Positions 1 to 7,773 of a DNA stretch of 27,228 nt are shown here, piece by piece. This DNA is from an uncultured bacterium. GTDB lineage: Bacteria; Patescibacteriota; Minisyncoccia; Phycocordibacterales; GWA1-40-21. The notes under the pieces were generated by a model. That model did no database searches. It was not told the DNA's origin and saw nothing but the letters and a program-made list of their open reading frames with translations. The position numbers and the translations under genes are program-made. Where the stretch lies: positions 1-27,228 of the forward strand of contig CAIPUJ010000062.1 in NCBI GenBank assembly GCA_903868205.1. Direction: 5' to 3'. Within the stretch, counting starts at the first letter, position 1; each line of letters opens with the position of its first letter.

Positions 1-240
1 ACCGTCAGCAATGACAATTCTGTCATCTCTGCTAATATGTGTATGCATATATCCGTTTGGTTGTTGGGTTATTAACATCCCTAGCATACCAAGCGGATTT
101 ATGTTTTACGACCCGTGTTGCATTTCAGAGGAGAATTCAGCCCGCCCTCTTGCATTTTGTATCTACTCTGTGGTATTATATTACTAAGCCCGAAAGGGTG
201 GTTTTTTAAAGAAAAATAAGGAGCATCGCGACTATATTTT

Positions 241-536
241 TCTTTACCCCGTGAAATAACTTTTAGATTTATTATATATGTATTATACGTATGTATTACA
301 TTCAACCAAAGACAAGAAATTGTACGTTGGTTGTACAAAAAATCTAAAAGTAAGATTTGAGGATCATAATAATGGTAGGGTTGAGTCTACAATAGACCGA
401 CGTCCACTTAAATTAATTTATTACGAATCCTGTTTAAATAAAGTTGATGCATTGCATCGTGAACTTTATTTAAAGTCAGCTTATGGTAAAAAAGTTTATC
501 AAAAGTCGTCTCAAATCTTATTTCATGGGGTGAAGA
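241..536. mobile_element. Candidate inverted-repeat-bounded cassette carrying the GIY-YIG gene
   Basis: TCTTTACCCCGTGAAATAA (241-259) and TTATTTCATGGGGTGAAGA (518-536) are inverted repeats matching at 17/19 positions (both differences are G.T-type). They enclose the whole GIY-YIG reading frame; the right repeat contains its natural stop. Confidence 0.55.
278..533 (+). pseudogene. Small GIY-YIG nuclease family protein with a +1 frameshift in an A6 run (488-493)
   Basis: N-terminus has the motif pattern YTYVL...LYVGCT..L..R...H...REL.LK. Removing one A from 488-493 gives the family-like ending YGKKFIKSRLKSYFMG with stop TGA at 531-533. As written, the frame runs on into secE. Confidence 0.75.
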
Positions 537-571
537 TTTTGAAATTCGCTTCGCTCATAACAAAATCATTC

Positions 572-751
572 ATGTCAAAACTATCAAATTACATTTTGGA
601 AACAAAAGGAGAGTTAAAGCACGTAAGTTGGCCTACAAAAAAACAGACACTTATGTTTACTGCACTCGTAATAATTATTTCAATTGGAGTTGCTATTTCT
701 CTTGGTCTTTTTGACTATCTTTTTACAAGCATTTTAAAGATGTTTATATAA
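572..751 (+). CDS. secE: Preprotein translocase subunit SecE (59 aa, single transmembrane helix)
   Basis: ELKHVSWPT motif followed by a hydrophobic helix; directly upstream of nusG; ATG at 572 is residue 99 of the ORF-track 278..751 frame. Confidence 0.93.
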   Translation: MSKLSNYILETKGELKHVSWPTKKQTLMFTALVIIISIGVAISLGLFDYLFTSILKMFI

Positions 752-752
752 T

Positions 753-1298
753 ATGGCGAAACAAACTATAGAAGAGGGAAGACACTGGTATGCTATCCAC
801 ACTTATGCTGGATATGAAAATGCCGTTGCTAGAAATTTAAAACAAAGAATCGATTCTTTAAACATGAATGGAAAGATTTTTGATGTAGTTGTTCCTGTAG
901 AAAAGAAAATTAAAATAAAAGGAAACAAAAGAGTTGAAGAAGAAGAGAAGATATATCCTGGATACATTTTGGTAGATATGTTGGTAGACGATGAATCTTG
1001 GTTCGTTGTCAGAAACACTCCTAGAGTTACTGGTTTCGTCGGTGCTGGAGTATATCCTGTACCGCTTACTCCAAAAGAAGTAGAATTCTTCCTTGGTAAA
1101 ATGGGTGATCAGAAAGTAACTCATGATGTTGCTTTTGCAAAAGGGGAGGATGTAAAGATAGTAGACGGTCCTTTCAAAGATTTAGAAGGTAAGATAAGTG
1201 AGATAGATAGTGAGAAGGGTAAGGCAAGAGTTATGGTCCTTATGTTCGGTAGAGAGACTTCAGTCGAACTTGATCTTCTACAAATAAGAAAAGCTTAG
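753..1298 (+). CDS. nusG: Transcription termination/antitermination factor NusG
   Basis: WYAIHTYAGYE N-terminus, YPGYILV, RNTPRVTGFVG, KOW domain with DGPF and FGRETSVEL. Confidence 0.98.
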   Translation: MAKQTIEEGRHWYAIHTYAGYENAVARNLKQRIDSLNMNGKIFDVVVPVEKKIKIKGNKRVEEEEKIYPGYILVDMLVDDESWFVVRNTPRVTGFVGAGVYPVPLTPKEVEFFLGKMGDQKVTHDVAFAKGEDVKIVDGPFKDLEGKISEIDSEKGKARVMVLMFGRETSVELDLLQIRKA

Positions 1299-1361
1299 CT
1301 TTACTTTCAGTCCAATTTCTGATACTTTATTCAAGCCTCTCAATAACTAATTAATAAACAA

Positions 1362-1784
1362 ATGGCAAAGAAAATAACAAAAAAATTAAAACTTCAAATA
1401 GCTGCGGGTAAAGCTACTCCAGCTCCACCTATCGGTCCAGCTTTGGGTCAGGCAGGTATAAACATTGGTGATTTCGTCAACAAGTTTAATACAGCAACCA
1501 AAGACAAGATCGGAGATGTATTACCAGTAGTTATCACAGTTTATGAAGATAGATCTTATGATTTCATTCTTAAGACTCCTCCAACAGCTAGTATGATACT
1601 TAAGGCTCTTGGACAAGAAAAAGGTTCAGGTAAGCCAAATACAAAGAAAATTGGTTCAATCACAAAAGCTCAAGTAAAAGAAATCGCAGAAAAGAAGCTT
1701 GTAGATATGAATGCAAACGATATAGCTGGTGCAATGAAAATGGTAGAAGGTGCAGCTAGATCTATGGGGGTTGAAGTTAAATAA
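1362..1784 (+). CDS. rplK: 50S ribosomal protein L11
   Basis: [32 protein letters not shown] motifs; secE-nusG-rplK order. Confidence 0.98.
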   Translation: MAKKITKKLKLQIAAGKATPAPPIGPALGQAGINIGDFVNKFNTATKDKIGDVLPVVITVYEDRSYDFILKTPPTASMILKALGQEKGSGKPNTKKIGSITKAQVKEIAEKKLVDMNANDIAGAMKMVEGAARSMGVEVK

Positions 1785-1787
1785 AAG

Positions 1788-1814
1788 AAAAAACATGCGA
1801 TGAGCATGTTTTTT
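1788..1814 (+). terminator. Intrinsic terminator-like hairpin after rplK
   Basis: AAAAAACATGC-gatga-GCATGTTTTTT, 11-bp perfect stem ending in a T run, 3 nt after the rplK stop. Confidence 0.7.
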
Positions 1815-1816
1815 AA

Positions 1817-1983
1817 TTTTAACTTCAACCGGCCGGAGGCTGACGAGACGAGGTTGAAATTTGGGTAGGGACCCAAATGAAAAACCTTGAACGTTTTGTA
1901 CTAAAATGTGAAAGGTGTACTGCTCCTGTAAGGAGGGCCCAGGCAACTTTTCAGCAGAAAAGTATGCGTGGGTTGAAGTAAAA
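1817..1983. other. Multi-hairpin structured intergenic element (candidate ncRNA or repeat)
   Basis: Closing stem TTTTAACTTCAACC (1817-1830) / GGTTGAAGTAAAA (1971-1983). Internal hairpins at 1859-1878, 1884-1916, 1923-1935 and 1946-1963. Confidence 0.45.
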
Positions 1984-1986
1984 GGA

Positions 1987-2122
1987 TAAAGGCTCACTCG
2001 GCTTCTCTTTTTAAAAACACGATAAAAATACCGCCGTCGCGGTATTTTTTCTATACTCACAAAATTTCTTGCTAGAAATTTCGCTCCGTAATATTTTTAA
2101 AAAGTGAAACCTCGCTCGCTTA
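1987..2122 (+). repeat. Dispersed ~135-bp palindromic repeat, copy 1
   Basis: 131/136 identical to 27048-27183; diverged inverted copy at ~19014-19143. Outer CTTTTTAAAAA/TTTTTAAAAAG stem plus two internal hairpins. Confidence 0.95.
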
Positions 2123-2136
2123 TGGGCAGAGGGGAA

Positions 2137-2178
2137 AATGCAAAAGGCGGAATGCGAAAGTATTCCGCCTTTTGCATT
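2137..2178 (+). terminator. 19-bp hairpin with GAAA tetraloop (terminator-like)
   Basis: AATGCAAAAGGCGGAATGC-gaaa-GTATTCCGCCTTTTGCATT with one G.U pair, followed by a T-rich tract. Confidence 0.55.
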
Positions 2179-2235
2179 ATTTTTTTCTCCTTGTCTACTC
2201 TTTGCAAGAGCTACTAAAAGAGTAAAATTATATGT

Positions 2236-2730
2236 ATGGAAAATACTAAACATGTGAGACCAAGTTGGGATGAATATTTTATTCAGTTAACGGAACTTGT
2301 TGGTTCACGTGGCACTTGTGATCGCGGACGTTCTGGATCTGTGATTGTAAAAAACAAAAGAATTATTGCTACAGGATATGTCGGAGCGCCAGCTGGTTTA
2401 CCAAGTTGCGATGAGGTAGGGCACGAGATGCACACCGTCACTCAGGAAGATGGAACTGTTTCTAAACATTGTATTAGAACTGGTCACGCAGAACAAAATG
2501 CCATAAACAATGCAGCACGTATTGGTGTTGCCACAGAAGGTGCAACTTTATATTGCAAAATGACTCCTTGTTATAAGTGTGCTCAAAGTATTATTAATGC
2601 GGGTATTGTTAGGGTAGTGGCTCTTCAAGATTATCATGGTGGAGCAAGGAGCAAAGAGATTTTTAAAGAAACCGGAGTTGTTTTTGAATTATTGAAAGAA
2701 GAGATGACAACTTACGAGAATATGAAATAA
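2236..2730 (+). CDS. dCMP deaminase (ComEB/deoxycytidylate deaminase family)
   Basis: RPSWDEYF N-terminus; zinc-deaminase motifs HAEQNA and PCYKC; heads a thymidylate gene cluster. Confidence 0.9.
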   Translation: MENTKHVRPSWDEYFIQLTELVGSRGTCDRGRSGSVIVKNKRIIATGYVGAPAGLPSCDEVGHEMHTVTQEDGTVSKHCIRTGHAEQNAINNAARIGVATEGATLYCKMTPCYKCAQSIINAGIVRVVALQDYHGGARSKEIFKETGVVFELLKEEMTTYENMK

Positions 2731-2737
2731 AATATTT

Positions 2738-3292
2738 ATGAATAAGATTATTTTAGCTGTAGTTGGTTTGCCTGGATCTGGTAAGACAGAAGCAATAAAC
2801 TATCTCATGGAGAAATACAAATGGCCGAAAGCTTATTTCGGTGATGTTACTTTTGATGAAATGAAATTACGTGGTTTAGATATAAATGAAAAGAATGAAA
2901 GATTCGTGAGAGAAGATTTGAGGGCAAAATATGGCCAGCTTGTATATGCTCAAAAAGTTATTGAGAAAATTAAAAATATAAAAGAAGATACTAATGTTTT
3001 AGTTGAGAGTTTATATAGTTGGGATGAATATTTAGAATTCAAAAAAGAATTTGGGGATTCTTTTAAGGTACTGGCTATCTATTCTTCACCAGAAACTCGG
3101 ATCAAAAGACTTTCTAGTAGACCAGTTCGTCCGCTTTCTAGGGAAGAAGTTGAATCCAGAGATTATTCTCAGATAGAAAATCTTAAGCAGGCTGGGCCGA
3201 TAGCAAGGGCAGATTTTACAATAGTAAACGAGGGTGAAATGGGGGAATTGTGTAGCGAGATTGATAAAATTGTTTCAACTCTTATAAAATAA
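2738..3292 (+). CDS. P-loop nucleoside/nucleotide monophosphate kinase-fold protein (dephospho-CoA kinase/UPF0200-like)
   Basis: N-terminal Walker A GLPGSGKT; lid-like R..RL..R..R...RD motif; 184 aa. Confidence 0.75.
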   Translation: MNKIILAVVGLPGSGKTEAINYLMEKYKWPKAYFGDVTFDEMKLRGLDINEKNERFVREDLRAKYGQLVYAQKVIEKIKNIKEDTNVLVESLYSWDEYLEFKKEFGDSFKVLAIYSSPETRIKRLSSRPVRPLSREEVESRDYSQIENLKQAGPIARADFTIVNEGEMGELCSEIDKIVSTLIK

Positions 3293-3317
3293 TATAGCTT
3301 TCAAAAATACCTTTATC

Positions 3318-3345
3318 AGAAGCCACATAATAGTGGCTTCTTTTT
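3318..3345 (+). terminator. Intrinsic terminator
   Basis: AGAAGCCAC-ataata-GTGGCTTCT followed by TTTT. Confidence 0.75.
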
Positions 3346-3439
3346 GTACTCAACCAACTTTTTGCCATGTGGTCTATATTTAAATTAATCACTAGGGGCA
3401 ATATAATTAAAGTATTATTAATTTAATTATTAAATATCT

Positions 3440-4729
3440 ATGAAAGTATTTGTGTATGATGAATTTGGCCCACAAGACACCGCGATGATGCAGGCTCTTT
3501 ATTCAAGAAGCGCACTGAGTGTAGAAGAACATGTAGAAAAAGTAAGAGAAAGTGGTTCTGGCAAATTCATGGAAAGATTTTATGTTGGCTATGGTCATGC
3601 GAGTATTGCAGATTGTGGTAGTACAACTATTTTTATAGAAGGAGTTAGTATGCTCGTTGCGAAAGCTATTCAGGACTGGCCATTGTATTCTGGGCAAGAA
3701 ACCAGTTCAAGATATATTGATATGTCTAAACAGGAAATCATAGATCCTGTGGGAACAAAAGAATCTAAAAAGATTTTGAATGATTGGATGACTTTTTATA
3801 CAAAAAGTCAGGTTGCTGTGCAGGAGCACATAATGAAAAAATATCCTAAGAAACTAGAGGAAGATGAAAATATTTATTCTAAGGCAGTTAAGGCGAGGGC
3901 CTTTGATACTCTTCGCGGTTTTTTACCAGCCGGAGTTGCAACACAATTTTCTTGGCATACAAACTTAAGACAGGCTCATGATAAGTTGGTTTTTTTAAGA
4001 AAGCATCCGCTTAAAGAGGTGAGGGATGTTGCTGAAAAGATTTTTGTTGGACTTAAAGAAAAATATGCACAAAGTTTTAGTCATGTGGAGACAGACGAAC
4101 AAAATTCGTACTGGAAATTCATTGAAGATGATTACAATTATTATTTTAATAAAGATGCAAAACCTTTTTCGGCTAGGACTAATATAAATAAGAAGGAACT
4201 TACAAGGTATAAAGATATTTTTAAAAAAAGAGCTATTAAGACAGGTTTGCCACATTTCTTAAGTGAGCTTGGTAATATTACATTTGAATTTCTTTTAGAC
4301 TTCGGCTCCTTCAGAGATATCCAAAGACATAGAAATGGTGTTTGTAGGATGCCACTTCTTACAACGAAGTTTGGATTTAATGAATGGTATCTAAATGAAT
4401 TACCCGAAGATGTAAAAAAGGAAGCGACTAAGCTTATAAAAGATCAGACTAAATTAATAAATAAACTAAAGACAACTCAAGAAAACAAGCAATATTATTG
4501 TGCTATGGGTTTTAACGTGACCTGTAAAGTCTCGTATGGCTTACCAGCCGCTGCTTATGTTTCCGAGCTTCGTTCCGGTAGATTGGTGCATCCAACGCTT
4601 CGTAAGATAGCCCATAAGATGAGCATAGCACTTTCTAAAATGTTTCCTGATCTTAAATTACAATCAGACTTTAGTTTGGATGAGTGGAACATTAGAAGGG
4701 GGATGCAAGATATAAGTTCAAAAAAATAA
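3440..4729 (+). CDS. thyX: FAD-dependent thymidylate synthase ThyX, long (429 aa) form
   Basis: GHASIAD and QETSSRY in the N-terminal half; DFGSFRDIQRHR in the C-terminal half; flanked by tmk, glyA, dut and dCMP deaminase. Confidence 0.88.
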   Translation: MKVFVYDEFGPQDTAMMQALYSRSALSVEEHVEKVRESGSGKFMERFYVGYGHASIADCGSTTIFIEGVSMLVAKAIQDWPLYSGQETSSRYIDMSKQEIIDPVGTKESKKILNDWMTFYTKSQVAVQEHIMKKYPKKLEEDENIYSKAVKARAFDTLRGFLPAGVATQFSWHTNLRQAHDKLVFLRKHPLKEVRDVAEKIFVGLKEKYAQSFSHVETDEQNSYWKFIEDDYNYYFNKDAKPFSARTNINKKELTRYKDIFKKRAIKTGLPHFLSELGNITFEFLLDFGSFRDIQRHRNGVCRMPLLTTKFGFNEWYLNELPEDVKKEATKLIKDQTKLINKLKTTQENKQYYCAMGFNVTCKVSYGLPAAAYVSELRSGRLVHPTLRKIAHKMSIALSKMFPDLKLQSDFSLDEWNIRRGMQDISSKK

Positions 4730-4730
4730 T

Positions 4731-5399
4731 ATGAATAAAAAAGGAATTTTTATTGTAATAGAGGGAGGAGAGGGAACCGGTAAAGATGCCCAGATAGATT
4801 TGCTAAAGAAAGTTTATGAAGATAGAGATATAGTCTTTACTCGTGAGCCTGGCGGAACAGAAATAGGAGAAAAAATTAGAGAGTTATTACTTAGTAAGAC
4901 ATCCTCAAAAATGTCAGCAGAAACAGAGTTACTATTATTTTTGGGTGCAAGAGCTCAAATTGTCCGTGAGATAATTGCTCCTGCTTTGTGTGCTGGTAAA
5001 ATGGTCATATCTAACCGTTTCGGTCTTTCTACTGCCGCATATCAAATATATGGTAGAGAACGTCTGTATTATGAAAAGTTTTTGCAAGAAGTTAGTGACG
5101 TTGTTGTGCAGGCATCGATGCCAGATTTGTATATTTTAATTGATGTTGATCCAAAGATAGGACTAGCTCGTGTGGCTAGTAGAGCAAAAGAAAATGATAG
5201 ATTTGATGATGAGAAGATTTCTTTCCACTCTCGTGTAAGACAAGGTTATTTAGAGTCTGTGAAGAAAACAAAAAATTATGTCATAATTAATGGTGAAAAA
5301 AGCATAGAAGATATTCACAAGGAGATACTAGAGATAATTGAAGATGCTCAGAACAATATTATTGTGGATTCATCTGCAGTTTGTGCGATGGTTAATTAA
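4731..5399 (+). CDS. tmk: Thymidylate kinase
   Basis: FIVIEGGEGTGKD P-loop, TREPGGT, LLFLGAR, ISNRF...AYQ, DRFD.E motifs. Confidence 0.96.
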   Translation: MNKKGIFIVIEGGEGTGKDAQIDLLKKVYEDRDIVFTREPGGTEIGEKIRELLLSKTSSKMSAETELLLFLGARAQIVREIIAPALCAGKMVISNRFGLSTAAYQIYGRERLYYEKFLQEVSDVVVQASMPDLYILIDVDPKIGLARVASRAKENDRFDDEKISFHSRVRQGYLESVKKTKNYVIINGEKSIEDIHKEILEIIEDAQNNIIVDSSAVCAMVN

Positions 5400-5408
5400 T
5401 TGAAATTT

Positions 5409-6587
5409 ATGAAAGATAAACAAATAGAAAAGCTAATAAAAGCAGAAGAGGTAAGACAGAAGAAAACTATTTCTCTAATCGCTTCTGAAAATTATGTTTC
5501 TGAAGATGTTTTGAAAGCCCTTGGTTCAAAATTTACAAATAAATATTCAGAAGGATATCCAGGGAAAAGATATTACAAAGGACAAACTTTTACAGACAAA
5601 GTAGAGATACTCTGCAGAGAAAGAGCCTTAAAACTTTTTGGTCTTTCAAAAAATAATTGGGCTGTGAATGTTCAAGGGCTTTCTGGCTCTCCTGCGAATC
5701 TTGCGGTTTATCTTGCACTTGTACCTGTGGGAGGGAAGGTGATGGGTATGACACTTAGTCACGGAGGACATCTTACACATGGGCACAAAGTTTCTGCTAC
5801 AGGAAAAATTTGGAATCAAATACCTTACGGAGTAAATAAAGATACAGAAGTTATTGATTATGGAGAATTAAAAAAGATTGCGATAGAGAATAAACCAAAT
5901 ATGATAATTGCTGGTTTTACTGCATATCCAAGAGCAGTAGATTTTAAAAAGTTTAGAGAAATTGCAGATACTTGCGGAGCAATACTTATGGTAGATATGT
6001 CTCATTTTGCTGGACTTGTTGCGGGTAAAGCATATCCTTCACCATTTCCATATGCAGACGTCGTAACAACCACAGTGCATAAAACTTTACGTGGTCCAAG
6101 AAGTGCACTTATTTTTTCTAAGATAGATGAAAGAGAGTTTGATAAGAAAATAGATAAAGCAGTATTTCCAGGACTACAAGGTGGTCCACACATGAATCAG
6201 GTAGCCGCTGTAGCTGTGGCTTTGAAAGAGGCGAGTGCCCCTGCTTTTAAATCATATGCGAAACAGGTAATTAAAAATGCAAAAGTTCTTGCGGAAGAAT
6301 TAAAAAAGCTTGGTTGGAAAATCGTTTCTGGTGGTACCGATAGTCATCTTATTTTAGTCGATACCTGGATGGAAGGAAAAAGAATCAGTGGGGAAGAGGC
6401 AAGTAACAGACTCGAGAAAGATGGAATTATTGTAAATAAAAATACTATTCCAAATGAAACCAGAAGCCCTATGGATCCATCAGGAATACGTTTGGGTACT
6501 GCAGGAGAAACTACAAGAGGGTCTAAGGAACAAGATATGCTGGTGTTAGCCAAGAGAATTAACAAAGTTCTACAAAAAAATAATTAG
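5409..6587 (+). CDS. glyA: Serine hydroxymethyltransferase
   Basis: LIASENY, NKYSEGYPGKRYY, GGHLTHG, TTTVHKTLRGPR (PLP lysine), FPGLQGGP. ATG at 5409 preferred over TTG at 5400. Confidence 0.98.
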   Translation: MKDKQIEKLIKAEEVRQKKTISLIASENYVSEDVLKALGSKFTNKYSEGYPGKRYYKGQTFTDKVEILCRERALKLFGLSKNNWAVNVQGLSGSPANLAVYLALVPVGGKVMGMTLSHGGHLTHGHKVSATGKIWNQIPYGVNKDTEVIDYGELKKIAIENKPNMIIAGFTAYPRAVDFKKFREIADTCGAILMVDMSHFAGLVAGKAYPSPFPYADVVTTTVHKTLRGPRSALIFSKIDEREFDKKIDKAVFPGLQGGPHMNQVAAVAVALKEASAPAFKSYAKQVIKNAKVLAEELKKLGWKIVSGGTDSHLILVDTWMEGKRISGEEASNRLEKDGIIVNKNTIPNETRSPMDPSGIRLGTAGETTRGSKEQDMLVLAKRINKVLQKNN

Positions 6588-6601
6588 GGGCAAAAGAGAA
6601 A

Positions 6602-6671
6602 CCCGGTAGTGAATTTTGACCTTGTGCATAGCACGGCCCCAAAAATGGCGAGGTCAAAATCTACTACCGGG
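6602..6671. repeat. Y-shaped palindromic intergenic element with CCCG...CGGG ends
   Basis: CCCGGTAGT/ACTACCGGG (9 bp) and ATTTTGACCT/AGGTCAAAAT (10 bp) stems enclosing two short hairpins. Confidence 0.7.
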
Positions 6672-6723
6672 AAAGATATGATTAAACTTGCAAAGAGGAT
6701 TGATAAAATACTTAGAAAATAAA

Positions 6724-7146
6724 ATGCAATTAAAAATTAAAAAACTTACTGAAGATGCAATAATTCCGAAGTATGCAACAAATGATGATGCGGGAATGGA
6801 TCTTTTTGCTATAGAAAATGTCGAATTAGAACCAATGCAGAGAGTTCAGGTTGGTACAGGTATCGCCATGGAAATTCCAGAAGGACATGTCGGACTTATT
6901 TGGGATAAAAGTGGCCTGTCACATAAATTTGGTATTAAAACTTTAGGTGGGGTAGTAGATTCTGGATACAGAGGGGAAATAAAAATTGGTGTAATAAATC
7001 TTGGAAAAGAAAAATATATTTTTGAAAAAGGACACAAAGTCGCTCAGATGATAATTCAGAAAAAAGAAACTCCAGAAATAATTGAAGCAACAGAACTTAA
7101 TAATTCAGAAAGAGGGGAAGGGGGGTTTGGAAGCACAGGGAAATAG
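6724..7146 (+). CDS. dut: Trimeric dUTPase
   Basis: AGMDL, DKSGLS, GVVDSGYRGEI, KVAQMII, RGEGGFGSTG (motifs I-V). ATG at 6724 preferred over the ORF-track TTG at 6688. Confidence 0.97.
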   Translation: MQLKIKKLTEDAIIPKYATNDDAGMDLFAIENVELEPMQRVQVGTGIAMEIPEGHVGLIWDKSGLSHKFGIKTLGGVVDSGYRGEIKIGVINLGKEKYIFEKGHKVAQMIIQKKETPEIIEATELNNSERGEGGFGSTGK

Positions 7147-7163
7147 TTAGTAGAATTTAGTAC

Positions 7164-7192
7164 TTGCATAATGTATATACATAGTATATACT
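7164..7192 (+). promoter_or_regulatory. Sigma70-type promoter of the TA operon with overlapping operator palindromes
   Basis: TTGCAT (7164-7169), 17 nt, TATACT (7187-7192). Palindromes ATGTATATACAT (7171-7182) and AGTATATACT (7183-7192). Confidence 0.75.
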
Positions 7193-7198
7193 CATAAT

Positions 7199-7447
7199 AT
7201 GACTACTAAAATACAAAAATGGGGTAATAGTTATGGAATTCGTTTACCAAAGGGTTTATTAGATTCTGGCGTTTTTTCTCCAGGTGCTACTTTGGAGCTT
7301 AAAAAGAAGGGTAAAGAAATTGTATTAAAAGAAGTGAAAAGACCCAAGATGACTTTGAAAGAAGCATTGAAAGGCTTAACCAGAGATGATTTTGAGCCTG
7401 TAATTAACTGGGGACAAGATGTAGGTAATGAAAAAATATATGATTAA
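7199..7447 (+). CDS. mazE: AbrB/MazE/SpoVT-family antitoxin
   Basis: TKIQKWGNSYGIRLPK AbrB motif; C-terminal WG.DVGNE; overlaps the toxin gene. Confidence 0.9.
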   Translation: MTTKIQKWGNSYGIRLPKGLLDSGVFSPGATLELKKKGKEIVLKEVKRPKMTLKEALKGLTRDDFEPVINWGQDVGNEKIYD

Positions 7448-7772
7448 AACTCCAGAACGAGGGGATATAATCCTTTGTAATTTTAGCCCAACTTCTGGCC
7501 ATGAGCAGAGTGGTCTAAGACCAGCACTTGTTTTAAGTGGTAAAGATATAAATGATTTAAATCATATAATCACTATTTGTCCAATAACTAGTAATATTCG
7601 TAATAATTTTATGGAGGTTAGATTCGAGACTAAAAAAACAAAAGGAGTCGTGCTTACTTATCATTTGCGGTCTATTGATTACATCGCAAGGAAAGTCAAA
7701 ATAGTTGATAGAATTAGTGAAGAGAAATATGATGAGGTAGTAGGGAAAATAAAGTTAATTATAGAAGGATAA
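7428..7772 (+). CDS. mazF: PemK/MazF-family mRNA interferase toxin
   Basis: PERGDII..NFSPTSGHEQSGLRPALVLS, CPITS, LRSIDY.AR motifs. Start could also be ATG 7440. Confidence 0.92.
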   Translation: MKKYMIKTPERGDIILCNFSPTSGHEQSGLRPALVLSGKDINDLNHIITICPITSNIRNNFMEVRFETKKTKGVVLTYHLRSIDYIARKVKIVDRISEEKYDEVVGKIKLIIEG

Positions 7773-7773
7773 A

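Noticed and set aside
1-277. tRNA-Trp expected upstream of secE, or a minus-strand gene starting at 87
   Set aside because: No cloverleaf is found. A 29-codon open frame (87->1) runs off the window and is too short to support.
1910-1950. SRP (4.5S) RNA on the minus strand
   Set aside because: It resembles CAGG...AGCAG only loosely; spacing and the GNRA tetraloop do not match.
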